A DNA stretch of 64,000 nucleotides from a virus (taxonomy: Duplodnaviria; Heunggongvirae; Uroviricota; Caudoviricetes): the IMG/VR virus record IMGVR_UViG_3300049044_000033, positions 64,001 to 128,000 of that record; one strand, given 5' to 3'. Position numbers and translations under genes: made by a program. Positions 58,394 to 64,000 of the stretch are shown here, piece after piece (the first letter of the stretch is position 1; each line of letters starts with the position of its first letter). The notes under the pieces are model-generated. The model did not search any database, was not told the origin of the DNA, and saw only the letters and a list, made by a program, of their open reading frames with translations.

Positions 58394-58594
58394 TCAACCC
58401 CAAGCCAATTTGAAGTGGATAGCCCGCTTACGATTAAGGAAACTAGCACAAAGGACATAGGTCAGAGGTTCAACGCTCATAAGCGAGAAGGATGTAGAGG
58501 CCGCATAGTTGTCGGCAAACTCAGAGGCTTCTTGGTATTCTTCCTCCGACAATACTCGGCTTTCGAGGATAAAGGACTCAGACAAAATGTTCAC
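58394..58594 (-). CDS. family B small protein
   Basis: FLNRKRAIHFKLAWG. Confidence 0.6.
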   Translation of the reverse strand: MNILSESFILESRVLSEEEYQEASEFADNYAASTSFSLMSVEPLTYVLCASFLNRKRAIHFKLAWG

Positions 58595-58997
58595 TCCAAG
58601 TCATCTTGAACCACGCTGCTGTGCTCTTATCATTGAGGGTGATTACAAAGACTTGAGTTGTGAGGTCTCCAAGAGCAATTCCCAAAACACCTAAGTGATT
58701 GGAATTCGCCGGATCAGGTTTTACATCTCGCTTCTCGACTCGAAGCCCGTAGAGAAAGTTCATAGCCTCAAGCCACTTAACAGCGGGATGAGTTTTTGCG
58801 GCAGCTAGACGGGCTTCTTCCCAGCCCTGAGGATTACTCTCCAGGTTGCGAATATGTCTCAATTCGGAGACCGCATCGGGTAGAGGCATTTTGAGGTACT
58901 TCGCCTTCTTAATGAGGGCGCGTTCCATTTGTTCGATCTTAATTTTCTTAGGAGGTTTGACGACAGTTTGGTCTAACCGTAACGCAAACTCATACAT
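58578..58997 (-). CDS. family B protein
   Basis: LNDKSTAAWFKMTWS. Confidence 0.65.
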   Translation of the reverse strand: MYEFALRLDQTVVKPPKKIKIEQMERALIKKAKYLKMPLPDAVSELRHIRNLESNPQGWEEARLAAAKTHPAVKWLEAMNFLYGLRVEKRDVKPDPANSNHLGVLGIALGDLTTQVFVITLNDKSTAAWFKMTWSEHFV

Positions 58998-59021
58998 GAT
59001 AGTTGCTCCACTGGTAGACTC

Positions 59022-59705
59022 CTAACCCGAATTAAGGATCTCTTCAGGCTTATCTCTCAAGATAGTCCGTTCCAGATCCAAGTTTGCGATTGCGTGATGA
59101 ACCAACTGTCGAGCCTGATGGGTGTAAAACATCGACTTTGGATCAACAGTATCGAGGAATGCTTGGCGACCTTTCAGATAGGCTTCCTTACCAAAGCCCT
59201 GATATTCCCGCCAAACATTCTTCGCATAGTCGAGGTAATGATGATCAGGGCACAGGAAGATGTGCATGTCTGCGTCACTCATCATCTTGTAGATCAAGGA
59301 CGCATTTGCCTCGACCTTGTGAGCAGCGGTCATACGAATCAAGTCAGCTACTTTGTGACTACCAAGGAGCAGCTTGCCATTCAACCCGGAGGCTTTTGAA
59401 TATTCCTCCCAAGCCTGAGCCGACAATTCCTCGTTGTCTTTTCGATTCACATCGTAGAAAATATCGTGATAGAACAGAGCGAACTTGACCAAAACGGCGT
59501 CACTGCCTGATCCATAATTGCGATTTACGAATCGGATACATTCGGCAATATGCTGAAATGTATGATAGAAACGACCAGGCTCACTATAGGCCTTCTTGAG
59601 TTTCTTAAACTCGCTCAGGGAGGGCCAAGCACCCACGTGGCGATGTGCCTTATACCACTCCCAGAAAAGAAACAAGTCGTTCTTCATAATCACTCTCCGA
59701 CCCAT
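59022..59705 (-). CDS. HD-superfamily metal-dependent phosphohydrolase (COG4339-like)
   Basis: YSEPGRFYHTFQHI, FYHDIFYD, NEELSA, DADM, VWREY, GRQAFL. Confidence 0.85.
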   Translation of the reverse strand: MGRRVIMKNDLFLFWEWYKAHRHVGAWPSLSEFKKLKKAYSEPGRFYHTFQHIAECIRFVNRNYGSGSDAVLVKFALFYHDIFYDVNRKDNEELSAQAWEEYSKASGLNGKLLLGSHKVADLIRMTAAHKVEANASLIYKMMSDADMHIFLCPDHHYLDYAKNVWREYQGFGKEAYLKGRQAFLDTVDPKSMFYTHQARQLVHHAIANLDLERTILRDKPEEILNSG

Positions 59706-59723
59706 TATAAGTCTTTTTGGACT

Positions 59724-60065
59724 TTATTCAATAGGCTTTTCGCCTATGCTATTAAGCATGTTGTCTTGGTCTGCTAGAAAGCGTCGATCCCTGATCGCGG
59801 AAGTCATATCCATAAGATCGTGGCACTCCCTGTTGGTAAAGACTTTGTCGGCCTTTGCCTTCAGGATAAACATCCTTACCTCGGGGTAGGCCTCGTAGGA
59901 TGACTCGAAGATACTGTAGCAGGAATAGTCTGCTCGTTTGTTGTCATTCTTATGCCTTGCCAAATAGTTGATTCCAGCAACAGTGCCGATAATCACAGCA
60001 GCAACACTCAGACCTAATGCAGGCGGCCAAAGACACCAAATCAAACCACGAAACGACGACTTCAT
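59724..60065 (-). CDS. membrane-anchored protein
   Basis: N-terminal TM helix. Confidence 0.65.
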   Translation of the reverse strand: MKSSFRGLIWCLWPPALGLSVAAVIIGTVAGINYLARHKNDNKRADYSCYSIFESSYEAYPEVRMFILKAKADKVFTNRECHDLMDMTSAIRDRRFLADQDNMLNSIGEKPIE

Positions 60066-61643
60066 TTAACAACTTTCCTCGACTGTATATTGGCGCAATA
60101 GACCAATGGTGTTTTCCAAACCATAGGCTTCGACGAATGCGCCGAACCTCGGACCATCGCTCGAACCAAGTAGACATTCATAAAGTGCCTGGAACCAGGA
60201 GCGTAGAGGAGAAAAGTTATGTGCCTTTCCTACTTCATAGACTTGGAACTGGAAATGCTCAGCTGACATATTGGGCACCATGCCCTCTAGTCGATTAGCT
60301 AGGTCTTCAAACGCAGCTCGCTCTTGTTCCGTTGGTGCTCGACAATCGCGATCATACAATCCACAATCAGCAGCATAGCGACAAACCCGCTCAGCTAGTG
60401 AATTAAGGATGACCTTTTCACTGTGAACTAGTCCCCGACTAGTTGCTAGATAGGCCAACAAGGTCTTGGCATCCCGACTCTGACTCACAATAGCTAGGTT
60501 GAGAAGGAGGCCAAAGTTTACATTTTCGACCGTTCGCCAGCCAGTATAGGTTGCCCTCCAGAACCAACTTGCGTCGTTGGGAGAAGGCTCACCTTGCTCC
60601 TTCAACTTGATCGCCGTATCCTCATTTTGAGGAACAAGGTTAATATGGAGAGGCTTGGCAGCCTTGGGGTTCTGGAACAGGAAGGTCATCAGAGATTCCT
60701 TGGAACCATAGGTCAGCCACTCCTCCATCGAGAAGCCATTGCCTACAGTCTTGCTGATCTTCTTGCCCTCTGCGTCAAGGAAGAGCTCGTAGGTCATTCC
60801 AGCCGGAGGGGTCCCGCCAAGAATGCGACAAATCTTTGCTGACGCCTTTACGGAATCGATAAGGTCCTTGCCTGACATTTCATAGTCCACATCAAAGTGG
60901 ACCCAGCGCATTGCCCAGTCGACCTTCCACTGAAGCTTGGTCTGGCCATCGTGGATGCTGAGTGCAGCGCCATCGAGGGAGTCCAAAACGATATAGCCAG
61001 GATGGTCATCCAGCTTAACGCCACAATCAATGACCTTGCTACCAATAACCGGCATGAAGGGGCTATAGGCGGCACGACGCTCCTCACCTAAAGTGGGCAG
61101 CATTACAGCCTGAATCTTATCGTAATTGTCCCACACGCGATCCAGCATAGCATTAAACTTGCCGGCCTTGTAATACTCAGTTGAGCTCACAAAGGAAACA
61201 CGCGAACGTTCAGGGGATGAGCCGACTTGACTACCATCATAGTCCTTCAGGATATCATCCACAAATTCCAAGAGCTTCATGTTATTGTCGGATGCGAATG
61301 TGCCAGAACTCAAAGGGTCTGGACTGGGCACAGATGACAGCGGCTTACCTAAGTGGTCATTCATCCACTCGGGCAATCCTTCAGGGACCTTCCGCATTGC
61401 GTCATAGTCGTCAGAGAACAAGATCAGACGAGTCTTGTAGGCAGATTCCGTAAGGGTATCAAATGCCTTCATAACCCAAAGGGTGCGGATCACTTCTGCG
61501 AACGTGCCAATATGCGGAGGACCGGAGGGTCCATATCCTGTCTCGAAGGTCACAACGTCGCCAGGCTTCTTCCCCTTGCGCTCGATATGAGCCAATAGGG
61601 TTCGGGCTTCCTGAAAGGGCCACGATCGAGCCGGTTCTGTCAC
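60066..61643 (-). CDS. lysS: class I lysyl-tRNA synthetase
   Basis: SWPFQEAR, FETGYGPSGPPHIGTF (HIGH), KLQWKVDWAMRW, YEMSGKDL, KISKT (KMSKS), GPRFGAF. Confidence 0.92.
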   Translation of the reverse strand: MTEPARSWPFQEARTLLAHIERKGKKPGDVVTFETGYGPSGPPHIGTFAEVIRTLWVMKAFDTLTESAYKTRLILFSDDYDAMRKVPEGLPEWMNDHLGKPLSSVPSPDPLSSGTFASDNNMKLLEFVDDILKDYDGSQVGSSPERSRVSFVSSTEYYKAGKFNAMLDRVWDNYDKIQAVMLPTLGEERRAAYSPFMPVIGSKVIDCGVKLDDHPGYIVLDSLDGAALSIHDGQTKLQWKVDWAMRWVHFDVDYEMSGKDLIDSVKASAKICRILGGTPPAGMTYELFLDAEGKKISKTVGNGFSMEEWLTYGSKESLMTFLFQNPKAAKPLHINLVPQNEDTAIKLKEQGEPSPNDASWFWRATYTGWRTVENVNFGLLLNLAIVSQSRDAKTLLAYLATSRGLVHSEKVILNSLAERVCRYAADCGLYDRDCRAPTEQERAAFEDLANRLEGMVPNMSAEHFQFQVYEVGKAHNFSPLRSWFQALYECLLGSSDGPRFGAFVEAYGLENTIGLLRQYTVEESC

Positions 61644-61711
61644 TTTTTCCTCCTTAATCTACCAAAGCAACGTAAAGCTATTATGTGAGCTGTCAACCAA
61701 TTTAGGGCAAA

Positions 61712-62158
61712 TCAGAGGATTTTACGTAACCGTTTGGCGCGGCCCGCTCGCCTCATATTATAATCCTTATCCGACTTATAAGCTTTGAATTCCGACATAG
61801 TAAATTCAATTTCAGGCCATTTAGCCAGCTTCTTCATTATATGGGCTTCTACCCTTTTCGCGTAGGTGCGGTAGATTACCTCATTGGCTGTATGAATCCT
61901 AAGGCTCTTCTTAAGGCGTATAACCTCACGCTTTGAAGGCTTAGCCTTCCTTCCCTTGTATTCTGGATCAAGCCTCCTTAGACCACGGTTTCTATCCCTA
62001 GTCATAGACTGGCTATAACGGTGATAACTGTAGTAGGTCAACATGTAGCCCATGAGGCTCACGACCTTTGCGTGGGCGTTTTCCATACCTGCTTGCTCAA
62101 GTAGAGGGATGAAGAATGTTGGCTTCTTATAAAGCTGCTCAATAGAAGGTTTCATCAA
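61712..62158 (-). CDS. basic hypothetical protein
   Basis: Coupled ORF. Confidence 0.65.
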   Translation of the reverse strand: MMKPSIEQLYKKPTFFIPLLEQAGMENAHAKVVSLMGYMLTYYSYHRYSQSMTRDRNRGLRRLDPEYKGRKAKPSKREVIRLKKSLRIHTANEVIYRTYAKRVEAHIMKKLAKWPEIEFTMSEFKAYKSDKDYNMRRAGRAKRLRKIL

Positions 62159-62451
62159 ACTACCTTTGTCAAAATGCCGTAAATGTTTTTACGAGCCGTC
62201 CAGCCATTCACATGACCGTGGTTATTGGAGATCTGAAATTGGTCCCCACGAACAGCAGAAACTAAGTGAAGGTATTGATTACCTCGCACCCTGCAGAGCA
62301 CAATGTCTCCTTTCTGAGGATCCCTAGACGCTGGCTCCACGGTGCAGAGTTGCCCGGAGGAAATCTTGCCAGTCATAGAGTTTCCACGGGGACGAAACTC
62401 AACGGTTTTGCCCTCTTGGAGATCCTTAATAAGATGTGTTGCCCAGCTCAT
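62155..62451 (-). CDS. S24/S26 peptidase-like protein
   Basis: RGNSM, GDIVL, YLHLV. Confidence 0.7.
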   Translation of the reverse strand: MSWATHLIKDLQEGKTVEFRPRGNSMTGKISSGQLCTVEPASRDPQKGDIVLCRVRGNQYLHLVSAVRGDQFQISNNHGHVNGWTARKNIYGILTKVV

Positions 62452-62663
62452 TTGGCTTTAACGACCTCCACACAGCGATAGCTGCCGACCATCTGACTAG
62501 CTTTCTCCCATGACCTACCAACTCGGTGACAGTCAGAGACGCTAGCCAAGTTATCAACAGCAGTCACAGTAGGACTATAGCTACCGCCCATGCTTGCGTA
62601 ATAGAGGATACAGACCCATGCTTTTATCATAAGACCTACACTAAAGGGTAGGTCAGCTATGCG

Positions 62664-63128
62664 TCAATTTTTGTCCAAATAATGCTCAAGCATGTTGGTA
62701 ATACCTAGCTTGATATTACCCTTTCCCGCTGCGGCTTCCATGAGCTGGAAGGTAGTTTCGCTAGGGCTGAAAAGCTGATCACATCCATAACCCTGTGGAC
62801 CAGAGTTCTTGTGACGTTTAACGACTACTCCTGAATCAATCAGCAATTTTAGTGCCTTATCCACTTCAGGACGAGTTAGCCAATAGAAGGCAAAGCCCTT
62901 AAAGTCAGGGTCTAGGACCCGTTGGATCTCCGCACCGTCTGCATAATAGCTCATTTCACCCATCAGCATCTTACGGATTAAAATCAGTCGGATAGCCATA
63001 AAGATGGTCACCGCGAATCCGATTTGATGATGTGATCGACGTTTATACCAGAAATCATCCGAGTAGAAAACCCTACTCGATAACATCTTCCGGAAGAATG
63101 CTTCGTCGATCTGAACTGTTTCACTCAT
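62664..63128 (-). CDS. hypothetical protein (possible winged helix)
   Basis: EVDKALKLLIDSGVVVK; leaderless. Confidence 0.6.
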   Translation of the reverse strand: MSETVQIDEAFFRKMLSSRVFYSDDFWYKRRSHHQIGFAVTIFMAIRLILIRKMLMGEMSYYADGAEIQRVLDPDFKGFAFYWLTRPEVDKALKLLIDSGVVVKRHKNSGPQGYGCDQLFSPSETTFQLMEAAAGKGNIKLGITNMLEHYLDKN

Positions 63129-63213
63129 AAGTTAGCCGTAGCACATTTCGTCGCTTTGTCAGCCTTTTTCTTCCTAGAATACCCAATTTATTGAAAAAGG
63201 TGAATCGGAAATG

Positions 63214-63221
63214 TATAACTA
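63214..63221 (+). promoter_or_regulatory. possible late promoter TATAACTA
   Basis: One mismatch from T4-type TATAAATA, in AT-rich divergent gap before a structural gene. Confidence 0.3.
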
Positions 63222-63254
63222 TATTAAGAAAAAGAGTTAACCAAAGAAGGTACC

Positions 63255-64000
63255 ATGAAGTTCGCCCCTAAACAAATTGACTTCACAAAACCGATCGAAA
63301 TGCTCGGTGGGCAGATTCTGCTCAGCAGTGGCACGGCAGCTGACCCTGGTTTAGCGTTTGATGATAGTTCAGATTCTGGACTTTACCTCGAAGATGGCAG
63401 CGTATGTCTATCAGTCGGCGGGGTTCAAGTCTTAGAAGCAGCAGAAGATGGTATCCTTCGCTTTACTGGCAACAGGGCGACTAAGGTTTCTGTCGGCACT
63501 ACAGAACAGAGACCGATTCCTGAAAATGGTATGATTCGCTATAACAGCGATACTGATACCTATGAGATTGTTAGGGATGAATTATGGGATACTTTGGTCC
63601 TAAGTTCGGACAGTCGTCTCAGTAACGCGGGACAGGTCATTGTTTGTAAGAACCCCGGTGCTGGAGAATTCTCTAGCGTTAAGGCAGCAGTTGAATCAAT
63701 CGACGCTGAGGTTCTTTCCCCATCCTCGCAGGTTCAGATTAAAGTCTATCCTGGTGTTTATGTGGAAAATCCATTTAGTGTGCCTCCATATGTTCACATC
63801 ACCGGTGAACAAGCTGACAACTGCCAGCTTGTAGCAGCAAATCCTGATGCCGATTTCATTGTTGTTAAGAACGCTTCGTCATTCGAGAACTTAATCATCT
63901 ATGGTGCCAACGGTGTTAATGGCGCTGGTATGCACATCACTGGTGTAATCGATCCCATCCCTGGTATTGATGTTTCTTATCCAGTTTCTCTGCGCAATGT
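63255..64000 (+). CDS. virion structural protein, tail fibre/spike-like (truncated by window end)
   Basis: Open from ATG 63255 to the end: GTAADPGLAF, GTTEQRP..GMIRYNSD, then GEFSSVKAAVESI..IKVYPGVYVE (beta-helix cap motif). Confidence 0.75.
   Translation, partial: MKFAPKQIDFTKPIEMLGGQILLSSGTAADPGLAFDDSSDSGLYLEDGSVCLSVGGVQVLEAAEDGILRFTGNRATKVSVGTTEQRPIPENGMIRYNSDTDTYEIVRDELWDTLVLSSDSRLSNAGQVIVCKNPGAGEFSSVKAAVESIDAEVLSPSSQVQIKVYPGVYVENPFSVPPYVHITGEQADNCQLVAANPDADFIVVKNASSFENLIIYGANGVNGAGMHITGVIDPIPGIDVSYPVSLRN

Noticed and set aside
63224-63240. CtrA box before the structural gene
   Set aside because: TTAA half-sites are 9 nt apart, not 7
63-63834. Most plus-strand ORFs in the track (e.g. 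63-638, 23680-24285, 36960-37541, 42960-43523, 63640-63834)
   Set aside because: Antisense or off-frame shadows of better supported genes; no RBS, promoter or motifs. Only 4392, 4775, 52035 and 63255 were kept

Overview
This 64 kb window looks like the early/accessory arm of a large lytic dsDNA phage, probably jumbo-type, infecting an alphaproteobacterium. Sphingomonadales or Caulobacterales are suggested by TTGAC..GCTANA-type promoters, CtrA-box matches, an alphaproteobacterial-type class I LysRS and FtsK, and a Sphingomonas-like outer-membrane barrel. Nearly all genes are on the minus strand. From 1 to ~48 kb, short genes of mostly unknown function are each (or in pairs) preceded by a repeated ~60-bp sigma70 promoter + AGGAGATCG ribosome-binding module (about 60 copies by manual count). 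Many of these promoters carry inverted repeats whose arms vary between copies yet stay complementary, placing the -10 (or -35) box in a hairpin loop. From ~48 to 63 kb the genes form tightly coupled operons for host take-over and metabolism: NadE, a 2OG-Fe(II) oxygenase, a 3'-5' exonuclease, Pth2, a Bfd-like ferredoxin, a small alarmone hydrolase, an HD hydrolase and a class I LysRS. At 63255 a plus-strand virion (fibre/spike-like) gene begins and runs off the window. Main candidate novelties: (1) a J-like/NMNAT/type-I-PRTase fusion plus NadE, a possible new NAD+ reconstitution route; (2) the hairpin-promoter cassette array, with direct evidence of shuffling; (3) two promoter-driven structured non-coding RNAs; (4) an ACP-like domain lacking the pantetheinylation serine; (5) a tRNA/translation-rescue cluster; (6) CtrA boxes over the promoters of envelope-related genes. 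All family assignments come from motif recognition by eye; no searches were run.
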